Notes: generated from the sequence alone by a model not told the origin. Counted from the whole stretch's first letter, positions 12,603-26,222 are shown. The stretch: 63,735 nt of DNA, filler included, from Octopus bimaculoides (GCF_001194135.2; 11 parts of 11 records of this genome joined end to end with filler, not necessarily neighbours in it), one strand, 5' to 3'. Translations and numbers: made by a program.

Positions 12603-13159
12603 TCATATGAATGTACACATATATCTGTGGGGAGTGTGCATGCGTGTATGTAGCTAAAATAATTATTGTAGCGATAAAATGTGTTGACTGGTGTACGTTT
12701 TTAGGTAATTGCATTGTGGGAGAATATTGATGCCACTTGAAATACATGTGTTATTATGTTAGTTTAAGTTTAGTTTCGTTGTATACTCTTTATTATTGCT
12801 GGCGTTGGATTATTGCCTTGCAAATGATTCACTGTTCGCTGAATTCAAATGCCGTTAGCTAAACTTTACCGTCTATATTTTCATGGTTGAGATATAAAAT
12901 ACCAGTCCTGTGTAGAGTATGTTTCTTTCTTTCCTTTTACTGCTTGTCTCTCTCTTTCATCATTAGACATCAGACCCGAAGAAGGATGAGCTCTATTAAG
13001 TCTAAAATCTCTGGTGAACACGTAGGGGTACTGTCGTAACATAAAGCACGCCTTCGACATACTTTAAATTACAACAGCGCCCCTACGACTTCACCAGAAG
13101 TAGAGATTCCAAAACAAGGTATGTGTTTGTGTGCGCGCACGTGCATGTGTGTACACGTT

Positions 13160-13201
<42 letters not shown>

Positions 13202-15187
13202 TGTGTGTGTGTGGTGTGTGTGTGTGGCGTGTGTGTGTATGCGTGCGTGTGTTTACAAATGCACAGAAACAGTATATTAGTTGTTAAGTTGTAAATATAT
13301 TGACATTTAGATTCACTGTGCAAATAAATCTGAGAAATCACTTCTTTCGAATATAACGGAACGATGGAACAAAGTACCTCATAGCAACAGCAAACGCCAA
13401 ATTCAAGCAACATTACTTTAATCATATTTCGTCCTTCGAACATGCTGAAAGGAAACACGCAACAACTTTGTCAAACTACATCCGGTACTTAATAGAAAGC
13501 AGTATTAATTTTGATATTAAATATAGTATTCTAAAGCATAATTTATGTACAGTCAAAAATAGTCTATTTTAAAAAAGCAGTAAAAAAAAAAAACTTCGGA
13601 AATGATATAATTAGAAGGTTAGAATTTTTCACAAAATATTGTAATTTGAAAATATTACTGCTTAAATTCAGAAAATTTATACCACTACCGGATTAAACAG
13701 GCAAATATCAAACCAACAAATACACTCTATTTACTTGTTGACGTTGTCACTTCATTCTGCAAATTTACACCGCCACCACATTTATCTATGAGACTAACCC
13801 ACTTTACTTACTAACTGTTTATTCTATGTTTACTTTTCTCATTCCTTGATCTGATATATTATATATTAAACAAGTGATATTTGATTATTGTCTGTACGTT
13901 AATCTGACTAACAATGCGTAACATATATAAACAATAATTCCAAGTATTATAGTCGATCACATATAGAATATAATGGATCAGGTTTGAATAGTAATTATGC
14001 TATTGACGATGAAAGGAGAAAAGGCAATGTTAACTTCACCGGGATTCGAACTCAGTACGCCATACTACTGTCCACTACTTTGTGTGAAATAATATTATTA
14101 GAATTCTCGTCATAACCTAAACTAAGCATGATTATTCCACGCATGCTATTTCCACATAGTGTTTTTTTTTTGTTTTTTTTTTAAATGCAGTTAAGCTTCC
14201 TAATGTAAAAATCAGAATGTTACCCTTAAGGAAAATTAAAAAGAACAGTGTAGAAATTCCGAAGTAGTTTTGAGGAATAAAGATTTTCATTAAATTTTCA
14301 TTAATAACCGACATCTAATTTGATTAAACTAATATAGTTACGAAATCTCAAACTGTTGCTCGTTCTCATCACCAACTGGTAAATCTGTCACTACGTCCAA
14401 CAACGAAAGAGATTAACTGGGGTTAAATTTCACTCAATTCAAATCACACCCTAACATCTGCAAAATATAGGATACATAGGTTACTTTGTATAGTGGTGTC
14501 GATTTTCCTATCTTATTTGTTGGGTTTGGAGAAAAGGGTAGTACCCAAGACTTTTGCAGGATCTCCGAGTTTAGTGAGCATGGTGTTGTTAATATTCCGT
14601 TTTAACTGTTGACACTCGCAGGAAGATATGAATCTTCTGGTGAAACACGCTTGAGAAATGATGTTCTGTCGAGGAAGGACTGAGGTTAGTGGTTATTGTT
14701 GGTCTAAGAGTGGATGTAACGATGGTGGCGAAAGGCAGAGAGCCGAGTCGATCGATGGCGCAGGAATGGAGAAGGTACGAAATAGTTTCATGCTATTATG
14801 ATACTTGAACAAGCATATTTATAAAATTCGCTGTGTATTTTAAAGCAATCTTTCAAGCCCTGTTTATGTGTTAGATATTATTTTTGAAAACAAGGACGCT
14901 GGACAGTAATAAAATAAGAAAAAATGAGGAGAAAACATGATGAAGTTTGGTGCAAAAAATGGAACGAGAAAAATGAAACGAAATCAAGAACTACGATCCT
15001 CATCCTCCCTGATTGCAGAAAGCTCATTAAATACAACTGGTTTACAATAAAATTACAAAAAATATAAATCAAGAACCATCCCCCACATACGTGATGTAAT
15101 TCATGCTTTCATAAATTCATATATATGTGAGTCTGTGTATATGTGTGCATCTGCGTGTCTATGTAAACATATGTATACAAGTGTGTG

Positions 15188-15234
<47 letters not shown>

Positions 15235-15374
15235 ATGTGTGTGTGTGCGTTTGTATATACATACATACGCGCACACGCACACACACCTACACACCCGCTT
15301 ACACATGTATATTATACGGTTTCTGAAGTAAATTTTTAAAAATTTAATGTGATTTCTTTTCTATTTCTTTATAG

Positions 15375-15826
15375 GTGCCCTTTGTGAAAGATGTCAGATT
15401 CCTCAGCTCATGTTTAAAATCATATTTTGGCTTGGATATTGTAACTCTACTATGAATCCGATTATATATGCTTGTTCGAGCAAGGAATTTAAAAGGGCTT
15501 TTAAAAGAATTCTTCATTGTCAGTTTCGAAGACAACCTCGACAATTTCTAAGTGGAAAAGGTATTGCTGCCTTGACAATAGAGCTTCATAAGAAACAATC
15601 AGACCCCCGAGTCGCACAATGCTTCCCTCATAAATCTAATTATAAAAATAGAACTTTACAAAACAAACCTGACAATGCAATAAAATTTACTGGTTCGAGA
15701 AAAATAAAACCTCTATTTCGACTTCATTTGAATCGGGAGTTACCACTTAGCTCCCTCTGTCCAGATTCACCACTTCCATCACTGAGACTCCTGCAAGAAA
15801 AACAGAGAACTAAAATGGTAAAATAG
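15375..15826 (+). CDS. ADRA1-like: Terminal coding exon of an alpha-1-adrenergic-like class A GPCR (ECL3, TM7, helix 8, C-terminal tail)
   Basis: Polypyrimidine acceptor tttctttatAG ends at 15374. The phase-1 exon reads (G)[49 protein letters not shown] with NPxxY and a helix-8 Cys; stop TAG at 15824-15826. [37 protein letters not shown] and an intron at the end of TM6 match vertebrate ADRA1 genes. TM1-6 exon(s) are not seen in the window. Confidence 0.88.
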
Positions 15827-16690
15827 ACTGGAATTACTTTGATGCCTGCCGCCAAATCCTATTGATTTTGATATACAAAGATGTCAATTGACATGGAAAA
15901 TAAGAGATACACAAGTAGAGACTTTACTGCCAATGTACAATTATAATTTCGAGAAAAGCTCACATACTGTTTTGGTAATGAAAACAGTAAATCAAATGGA
16001 AAATAACAGACAGGAAGAGACTTTGAAATGCACAGGCTCGATTTTGTTTTTATTCTTTTTTTTTCTTTTTTTTGTCCCGCAAAGATAGTATATTTGATAT
16101 TTTAGAGAAAACAAAACTATATTTGAGTTCTTCGATCAAGATATATACAAAGAAAAACCTTCGTGTTGTTTCGTTAAACAAATATGAACGAACCGATTGC
16201 AAAGAAATTGCTCTGTCTTTGTCTTAATAATTATTCAAACAAAATTCAGATCCTGAATAAAATAACAAAGACGCTGTTTGTATTGATATTAAACAAAGAG
16301 ATTTCGATCAATAGAACTGAAATATATGATTTTGACAATAAAATAACTATGGTGATTCATTAATATGCACAAAAGTGATTGGCATCCAATTAAAGAGTTC
16401 TGTCCAAGTAAGAAATTATACTGCAATCCAGTTGTGTACTGTTTTATTTCGGAGATCTGAAATTTTCAGTGTATGCAATATCGAACTAAAAATACAGATA
16501 TGTAAAAAGAAAATAATTCTCTCTTTCTCTCTGTTCCTGTATTTCTTGTGTAGCATGTATTAATCACTCTAGTTACATTATCTTCACTGTTTTTATCCAA
16601 CCCAAGTTTCATTTTGCTCGGTGTATTCGTTGTACGCCTTCGGGTGATATACATTTTACATATAAAGATAACTCCATTACACACACACAA

Positions 16691-16748
<58 letters not shown>

Positions 16749-16752
16749 GTTG

Positions 16753-16807
<55 letters not shown>

Positions 16808-17278
16808 AAATCGGTGTCTTTACAATGCAGCACTCAATCGGAATTTCTGGTTACCTACACTCTCATACTGGAACTTTGAGAGAAATTAAACTTGCGCTGG
16901 TACAGAAACTCCAAGTATATCACTGCTAGAAGCAGTGTGTAAGTGTTACAAAGAATATAAAATAATGCAAGAAAACAAAAAATGAATATAGCACAATTTT
17001 ATTTTTAGTTACACTTGTTACTGTACCACTCCGCTTCTAACCCCATTGCACGTAAATAATTCCATATGAAAAGTTGCGCCATAAGTGCAGTGGATTACAT
17101 CGGAGTGGCACTTCAACAGACTAGCATCAAGTCGTGTCTTTTTACATTATACCAGACGCAATTGTGACTAATAATAAAGTTGTGTTACATTCATTCTTCC
17201 CCTTGTCTTCTTAATTATAATACACACGTGCACACTCACACATATATATATATATCTATCTCTCTATCTCTGCATGTG

Positions 17279-17320
<42 letters not shown>

Positions 17321-17512
17321 GATAGGGAGAGTTTGAATGGATAAATTGGAGAAAAAGTATTAAATATATTTAACAGAGTTGTTTTGGTCTATAACAGATG
17401 AATCCCAACGGCACTTTTCGAAATTTGTCACTGCGAATGATCCTACAGCCAACATCATAGGAAAGCATCATCTAAGAGTAAATATACTCTAATACATGTA
17501 TACACTCATTGA

Positions 17513-17550
<38 letters not shown>

Positions 17551-17604
17551 TTCTTTCTTTCTTCCTTTCTTCCTTTCTTTCTTTCTTTCTGTGGGTGTGT
17601 ATAT

Positions 17605-17976
17605 ATAAGACAAGGTAGAAAATACTAAAGTAATTTTATCATGAAGTACATTTTGTAAAGGTTAGTACCGGTTTCAGTCTTTTCGACTTTTTCAACTAAG
17701 AGTGAAATAAGAAAAATAATTAAATTGAAGAAAAATTAAATTAAACGTTTTGTAAATATTTCCATAGTCTTCAAATAGGACACTTTCCTTTTTTCTGTCT
17801 CTCTCTTTCTCTTTTCCTTTATGAAGGTTCGGTAGGTTGTAGCACATCTGAAGGAATAGCGTTTATGGGTGCAGAGAAATGTTAGTTCTGAAGTTTGGTG
17901 GTTTAAGCAGCAGCAGCTGAGGAAGGTGAAGAAGAAGAAGAAGAAGAAGAAGAAGAAGAAGAAGAAGAAGAAGAAG

Positions 17977-18072
<96 letters not shown>

Positions 18073-19059
18073 GAGGAGGAGAAAAAAGAGGAAATAGAAG
18101 AAGAAAGAAAAGAAAAAGACGGGAGTGGTATGATACAGTAGTAGACTGTTCGGGAAATCTTTAACGGTCAAGTCAAAGTGACCTAAAAGTGACCTGTTGT
18201 GGTTGTAGCAGTATTGGTAGGACCTGTTCAAAATAAATTCATGGGTGGCGACTGTTCTTAATATATCTATCGTTTTTAATATTTGCGTAGGTATTATTCG
18301 AAGATCCTTGTAGTAGTGTCATCTCAGTCGCTACCCATGAATTTATTTAGAACAGTCCCTACAACAACTGCTACAACCACAACAGGTCACTTTTAAGTCA
18401 CTTTGACTTGACCGTTAAAGAAGATTTCCCGAACAGTCTACTACTGCGTCATACCACTCCAATCTTTTTCTTTTCTTTCTTCTTCTTCCTCTTTTTTTCC
18501 TCCTCCTCCTCCTCCTCCTCCTCCTTCTTCTCCTCATCCTCCTCCTTCTTGTCCTCCTTCTCTTTCTCCTTCACATCTCCTTCCACGGCTGCTGCTGCTG
18601 CTGCTGCTGCTTAAACCACCAAACTTCAGAACTAACATTTCTCTGCACCCATAAATACTATTCCTTCAGATCTGCTACTACCTACCGAGACTTCATAAAT
18701 GAAAAGAGAGAGAGAGAGATAGACAGAGAGAGAGCTAGACACAGAGAGAGAGAGACAGAGAGAGAGATAGACACAGAGAGAGATAGACACAGAGAGAGAG
18801 AGACACAGGGAAAGATAGACACAGAGAGAGATAGACACAGAGAGAGAGATAGACAGAGAGAGAGACAGAGAGAGGAAAGGAAAGTGTCCTACCTGTTTGA
18901 AGTCTATGGGAATATTTACAAAACATTTAATTTAATTTTTTCTTCGATTTAATTATTTTTCTTGCTTTAGTCTAAGTTGGAAAAATCTGAAACTGGTACT
19001 AACCTTTACAAAATGTACTTCATGATAAAATTATTTTAGCATTTTCTACCTTGTCTTAT
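17605..19059. repeat. Long foldback inverted repeat: arms 17605-18254 and 18325-19059, about 70 bp spacer
   Basis: Unique blocks are reverse complements, e.g. gtttatgggtgcagagaaatgttagttctgaagtttggtggtttaagcagc vs gctgcttaaaccaccaaacttcagaactaacatttctctgcacccataaa. Internal microsatellites differ in length between arms. Confidence 0.9.
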
Positions 19060-19303
19060 CTTCCTTTTACATATCAACTCGTATGTTACTTTTGAACCTT
19101 CTACATTATATATATAAATATGTATATATACACACACACATAGACACAAACACAGATACATATATATATATAAAGAGAGAGAGAGAGAGATGTAGATAAA
19201 TATATCTATGTATGTACAAAAGCGCTGGCATANNNNNNNNNNNNNNNNNNNNNNNNNNNNNNNNNNNNNNNNNNNNNNNNNNNNNNNNNNNNNNNNNNNN
19301 NNN

Positions 19304-19344
<41 letters not shown>

Positions 19345-22226
19345 ATACATACATACATACACTTACACATAAAGTCCGTGATTCACTTCCAAGTTGCGCG
19401 GAGTTTCAGACAATGCATACGTTCATGTTGATAAGGAGTAAAGGCTGTAAAGCAAGATGGTGGATATATTTGTTAGTAGCTCCTGCTTCTCACGTATTAA
19501 TAGAAATATGACGAAGAGCTTCAAATTTGTCCTGTTTTAGTATTAGTGGAAATCAAGGAGAGAACACTGAGGCTGATATTTTAAATATTTATTAGATCTT
19601 TGCAAACATTTTCTTCTATGTTTCCAATTGCTGAAATTTTGATTTCTTCTGCTTAGTGACCTTGGTACTTGAATCACTTTGATCAATTTCTCCGATAAGC
19701 ACAACCCAAAGTTTTTGCTATATTAATATAGTGAGTTCAGTATCTATTTTGTTCCAGGTTGTAAGGATTTTACTATTCTTCAGTTTCAAGAAGGATTGTG
19801 AAAGAGAAGTTGTGTTGATTCTAGATCGGAAGGACTATTATTACTTAATCTGCTCTGTAAATGCAGTATATTTTCCGAAATTACTGTATTTTAGTCTAAT
19901 ACAAAACAGATGTTTTACTAAAATATTTCCTTTACAGACAGTAATGGAAGTTTAAACAAAAAAAGAAAAAGAACCAAAAATCCAGTTACAATCTTACAAT
20001 TAGAATGATCTTCCCTTTAACCGTCAAAACATTGGACAATGCACAATCGATATTGATCAGCTTCCTAACGCCAAGAAAAGATACCCATATTCACCAACTG
20101 ACCTCTACAAACCAATGAGAACCACAAATCAGTAATAGTTCTATCCACAGTCGAGCGTTTGGCATCATTCTCAGACGCTCTGAACGATTGCTTACGTAAA
20201 CAACTTACAGAGGATATAAAAGACCTAAACATCCGTAGATTTTTCTCCAAGGAGAAAAATCATCGATTTCATGCAAATTAATAAACTTTAGTATATGTGA
20301 TGAATATTTTTTACTCTCGTTTGATAAGCTGAGCGAATATAGCTGTGAATGTAAGCACTCATACCTCGTTTTACATTTCCTTTGTGAAGAAAATATAATA
20401 ACTGAAACGTTGTCGCAGTAATTTATCAGTCAAAATCACGAAGAAAAACTTTGTTGTCTTTGTGTGGCCAATCCTGGAATTTCTGGTACAAATTTTAAAT
20501 TTTTTATAAAGAGCCATCTCATTGTCTCATTAGCACATACATACAAAAGAAAGCAATAATCATCCACACTTTGTATTCTTATAATTTTTGTGGTGTCTGC
20601 TTTGGTTACAGAGTACCATGTGTGAAGCTATTTCGTAACTTGTTAACGTGCAGCAATTTTTAATTGATTTAGTCCTATTGGTATTCCAAAGTTAGCGTGA
20701 AATAATAGCATTAGATACGAAACAAAATATGAAAGAAAGAGTAGAAGGTGGTGAAAATATGTGTTGTTAGTGAAATTTTTGCATTTATTCTGTCAAATTT
20801 GAAAAAAAATCATAATCAATTTAACAAAATAAAGTTGTCATACAAAATTTATTTGTGTATAAGACAGAGAGTAATATAACGGTAAATATGTAGAAAATTC
20901 AAGTGTTTAGCTGGATGATATGTCACGATGTCATTAGCAACGATCCCAAATTAGTATGTAGCAAAATGTGTTAAATTTATTCAATCGAGGAAGTTACACG
21001 AGAGTTTGTTAATCCTCATGGACAGTTTAAAAAGCCCAAGAAACCATTTGATCTTTATATGAGCACAATTAAATAGAAAAACGCAAATATTCACCAAATA
21101 TAGTTTTCAATGGACGAATGTTGACTATTTTGTAATGTTTACAGTCTAAAACTTTTACCTCAAAGGATGGAAGAAAAGCAGCGAGGTGTAAAGCAACAAA
21201 ATATCACCACACCTAGCTGTCAGAAGTTAATGCTTCGTTTAGTATATGAAACATCAATAGAAATGCTTGGGTTACAAAGGGTTTATCTTCTGAATGGTTT
21301 ATAAACATTTCTACTTTGCATTTAAAAGTTAGTGTTAAAAGAACAATTTTGACCCCAGGTATTTTTGCTTTTGGTCTACGTTCCGGATCATACTTCCAAA
21401 TCTATTTCATTCGCGACTGGCATACTTATCAGTCGCTTTCTTTCCAACAGAAACAGTTCTCTACTATAGCCAACGGATCTGGGAGTTTTTTCCGTTTTCA
21501 GAGCATATCTAAAAACATTTTTGAATCGAAAATTAATAAAGTACCTGACAAAAAGTTGATCACACATGTTATATTCAAATACGTTTTAAGAAAACCATAT
21601 GCATTTTAGGAAGACCTAAGTTAGACTCAATCAGTAAGAGCCTTATACAAATAGTGCCGGTGCTTTTTAGCTTACTGACAAGGAGAACCCACCTAAGAAG
21701 GGGAAATTTCGCCGCTATTGGTTTTAAAAACAGATCTTATCTGAAAGCCTTAGTGAAATAACTCAAACTTTAAATGGACTTTCAGGACACTATACAAATG
21801 TTCTATGAATTTTGAACATATTAACTTCGTCCATAGAAGAATTCCTGATATGTATATATGTATACAGACAAAGATGCATAACACACACACACACACCCAC
21901 ACACAAATATATACACATAGGGACTGCGTATATGTATGCATAAATCTGTATACATACATGCGTGTGTGTGTGTGAGTGTGTGTGTGTGTGTGTACGTATA
22001 TATATTGCTACTCTAGGCACAAGGCCTTGAAATTTTTGAGGAAGGGGGCTAGTCGATAACATCGACCCAGTGTGTAACTGGTATTTATTTAATCGACCCC
22101 GAAAGGATGAAAGGCAAAGTAAACCTCTGCGGAATTTGAACTCAGAACGTAACGACAGACGAAATACCGTCAAGCATTTCGCTCGGCGTGCTTACGATTC
22201 TGCCAGCTCGCCTTATATATTTATAT

Positions 22227-22284
<58 letters not shown>

Positions 22285-22384
22285 NNNNNNNNNNNNNNNN
22301 NNNNNNNNNNNNNNNNNNNNNNNNNNNNTTAATTAATTAANNNNNNNNNNNNNNNNNNNNNNNNNNNNNNNNNNNNNNNNNNNN

Positions 22385-22469
22385 CTAAAACACAACTGGA
22401 ACCCTAAGTAAGGCATGTGTAAAATTTGAATGAAATTGGTTGCGTAGTTCTCGAGTTTTAGGGATTCAC

Positions 22470-22512
<43 letters not shown>

Positions 22513-22534
22513 TTCTCATTTTTATATATATAGA
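22385..22534 (-). mobile_element. Helitron-like 5' end
   Basis: Minus strand a|TCTATATATATAAAAATGAGAATG(TCTG)n; the remainder is lost in a gap. Confidence 0.6.
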
Positions 22535-23189
22535 TAACCAGAACTCCAGGATAGTTTATATATTATTGTATATATTTAAAAATATTTTGTTTTCGAAATC
22601 ACTGGGTACTGTTTCCTGCATCCATATGGATGCAGTATGGGTAAATGTTTATGAAGTTTGCTTTGCAATCCTGGGGCCCTGCATTTGATCTCATTGCGTG
22701 ACATCTTTGCAAGTGTTTATTTTACCATAACTTCAATTTGACTCAAATCATGTGAGGAAAATTTGCAAGGAAACTGTAAAGAAGCCTATCAGATGGATTG
22801 TACCTGTAATTTAAAAGAACAGTCTTGTTACACTGTCATGATGATTGTGCTTGAGAGTTATGTTAAAGGCACATATGTCTTGGAATACTCAGCCATTTGC
22901 AGGTTAATTCAATGAGTATGATCAAACAACTGAATAAATATTGAAACTGGAGATCTATTGATTTTTCCATATAAACACAGGGTGGTCACAACTGGATCAC
23001 CTTTTATCAAGGGTTTGCTTGATTACGGATAATCTTGGGCTAAACAACAAAAATAGCTAGAGTGTATAGTACATATCCTAAAAGAATTTGTTTTGCAAGT
23101 CATCAGATAAATATAGCAGTCAAATCTCCCTCAAATTGCACACATGAACAATACATAGTAATACTAATATACATGAATTTTGACTAATG

Positions 23190-23284
<95 letters not shown>

Positions 23285-23753
23285 GTGTACAAACACATAC
23301 TGGGAAGGTTGATGCTAACTTCTGAGTGGTGTCTCAAACTACTAGAAATAATAGTGAAACCTCCTTCAAATCACAACTGACAGCTAAAAAGACAGCACGG
23401 TCCTACTGAAATGCCTTTTATAGAACAGCTAAAAACACACTGAAAATGAGAAGAGGAAGAAATAAGGAGAGCAGGAAGCAGAATGAAAAGGAAGGCATTG
23501 CTTTGGGAGAAAGTATCTATTCTAATAGAGTGTAGCATATAAGACTGAATGCTAATAGGCTATAATACGTACATACATGCATACATACATACATACATAC
23601 ATACATACATACATACATACAGACAGACAGGCAGAGAGGAAGTAGAGTGTTGAAAGCTAAAACAATAGGGATGGGATTAAAAAGCACTTAAGAGTGGAAG
23701 GAGAAAGAAAGAGGGAATAAAATATACATGCACACGGAAGTGTGTGTGTATAT

Positions 23754-24668
23754 AGGGACAACTGACGAAAGGGTATACTCTTTATGTTGCATGTCTCGTT
23801 TCTCTGTTTGCTTTTTTCGTGTTCGAAAAAAGTTCGTTTTCTGTTTTCGTTTCTCATTGTGTTTAACGTTTTTTTAATGTCCTGTACTCATATATGCATG
23901 TATGTATACATATAGATGTAGGTATGTACATATATGTATGGATATATGCATATATTTATATATTATTTATATTATTATATGATCGAAGTAAGTTTTATTT
24001 TAATTACAATGCGCACTCTTCTACTATCTCTCTCCCTCTCTTGTTCTTCATCCTTTCTGTTTTTCTCTCTCACCCTTTCCCTGTTCTTCTCTCCCTTTCA
24101 CCGTCCCCCCTCTCTCTCTCTCACTCTTCCTCCTTGACTCTCTCGTCGCTAACACGTGACGAAAGGGGATTTCTCTTTCTGTCCACTGCCTTCTTAAAGA
24201 AAAGACGTGTTTTTTCTGTCTCTTCTCTCATGGCTCGTCTACCTAGCGTTCATAATAATTTTTCTATCGTCTTGGCTCAACATCCCTCACCGTTTGTTTT
24301 TACTGTCTTGTTCTCACTGTCCTGTTCTTGTTAACACTTTCACCCACCGCAAAAAATTCCAAATTTTATTAAATTTGCTTTGCGGGAAGGACTGTTCCGA
24401 CGAAGTCGCATATTGTCCTTGCCTTCAAAACGCAGAATAGATGAAACAGGGACAACTGACGAAGGGGTATACTCTTTATGTTGCATGTCTCATTTCTCTG
24501 TTTTTTTTTGTTGTTTGAGAAAAGTTCGTTTTCTGTTTTCGTTTCTCATTGAGTTTAACGTTTTTTTGGTGTCCTGTACCCATATATGCATGTATGTATA
24601 CATATAGATATAGGTATGTACATATATGTTTGGATATATGCATATATTTATATATTATGTATATTATA
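23754..24668 (+). mobile_element. Non-coding element with about 220-bp direct repeats (23754-23978 and 24448-24668), LTR/pLTR-like
   Basis: Both repeats start agggacaactgacgaa(a/g)gggtatactctttatgttgcatgtctc and end in TA-rich tails; offset 694 bp; no credible ORF between them. Confidence 0.65.
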
Positions 24669-25559
24669 TATATATATATATAACCATCTAAGGATCCATA
24701 AGTCAGTAAAAATAAGCACTTGTTTATCTTGTATATTGCTAGATTTTTTACTTTAATCTAAGTACACAGTATCATAGATTCATCACAATCAATCTTACCA
24801 ATTAGTTTTACACTGGATAATAAGACAACTGAATATTAGATTATAGTTATCTAATACACATGCTCTTCAAGGATGACAGATATGGGAAAATATGGCAACT
24901 GTTTTTTGCTATTGGAAGTGAGAAAATGTCACATCTAGTTTTTGGGTGCTGAGAAAGATGAAACAAAGCAGTTTTATATTTGTTTATTTGCATCATTATG
25001 TATATATAAAGTATACATTATTGTACATCTTTTATATCTGATCTTACAAATGGTTTTCACACCGGATATTAAATAACTGGATATTAGGTAACATGTTGGT
25101 TATCTAATGCATATGCTCTTCAGAGATGGAAGGTATGGGAAAATATGACCACTGCTTTGTTATTGGAGGTGAGAAAGTGTCAGATCTGGTTTTTGGGGTC
25201 ATGGGGAAAAAGATGAAATTAAATCGTGGGAGTCAATTAAGCAAGAGATAATATCAGGAGTTATGTCCCTTCGCCCCTAAACCCACTGAATTAATTGTGA
25301 TGCAGCAAAAATCTGGTGTGGGGAGTGTTGAGGGATTGGTATGTGAACAGGGTTGATATGTATGTAAAGTTTTACTTTTGGAGGTGGGAACTAGGCAAGT
25401 GCCCAAATCTTTAACCCCATGCTTACGTGCATATGCGTATGTGTTCATGTGTGTATGGTTTGGTAAAAACGTTGTTAGTTTCTCAGGGTTTGATGGTGGA
25501 AGGTCAGATTGTGGAGATTCTAGAGTTTATAATGATATTTAGGCCTATAGCTATGGTAA

Positions 25560-26100
25560 CATGTACCGTCTTTCAAGTGGGCGGAGCTGAAAATCTCGTT
25601 TCTACAGTTCAAGTAGATGTTTGGGTGATGAGAAGCTTTTTTGATATTATTCTTTTCTCAGCATTTTCTGCTACTGTTAAAATAAGGTTTGCACTTCTTC
25701 AAGATATTCCACTTGTTGCAATCTGTGGCACTTTCAATCAATGTATGTCGAACCAGGACAGTAATATTGCATCTCTTCTGGATATTAATGGGACTTCTAG
25801 TTGCTGAATCTGGCTCTGAAAGGACTTTCTCTCATGCTCACATACTTTCACATGTTTGAATGCCCATTGGAGTCCTTTTACAGTACCTCTACTCTTATAC
25901 AATTACCTCTAAGTTGCAGTGGCCATTAAGGGGACATCTAGTGTTCCCTCTGCACGAACATCCTGTCTCTATCTCAGGCGTGGGCCTACCTACAATGATT
26001 ATGAATGCCAGGATCTCCACCATCAGTCTGCCCACCATTACATCCAGAGAACCCAGCAAAGTTTTGACCAAATGATACTCGTATATGCACCTAAACATGA
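25560..26100 (-). mobile_element. Penelope-like element, GIY-YIG endonuclease remnant
   Basis: CSCRGNTRCPLNGHCNLEVIV followed by KWNILKKCKPYFNSSRKC*EK...YLNCRNEIFS. Confidence 0.7.
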
Positions 26101-26147
26101 ACTAAACATTTTGGGGGATCCATCCAATTTCCTTGACATATTTATCT

Positions 26148-26222
26148 CTTCACCCTGAAGATGGAAGCTGGATCTACACAATGTTAAAATGCTTCCACAA
26201 CTGGTTGCATATTATTGTGAAG
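26148..26222 (+). ncRNA. Degenerate hammerhead motif adjacent to a Penelope-like remnant
   Basis: CTGAAGA(26155-61), 7-bp helix II TGGAAGC(26162-68)/GCTTCCA(26191-97), then CAAC-TG-GTT in place of GAAAC-CG-GTT. Confidence 0.35.

Noticed and set aside
12970-13098. CCGAAGA-AGG...TCT motif and a 19-bp inverted repeat (13010-13028 and 13080-13098)
   Set aside because: GAAAC, cleavage site and helix I not recoverable; counted only as weak support for the U4C pattern.
17869-18141. Poly-K/N/D/E ORF
   Set aside because: Trinucleotide microsatellites inside the foldback arm.
19530-20260. Possible Penelope-like ORF fragments on both strands
   Set aside because: No diagnostic motif strong enough to call.
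24835-25200. About 120-bp unit repeated with about 245-bp period
   Set aside because: Ordinary diverged internal repeat of an unidentified element; no CRISPR-like repeat-spacer structure anywhere in the window.
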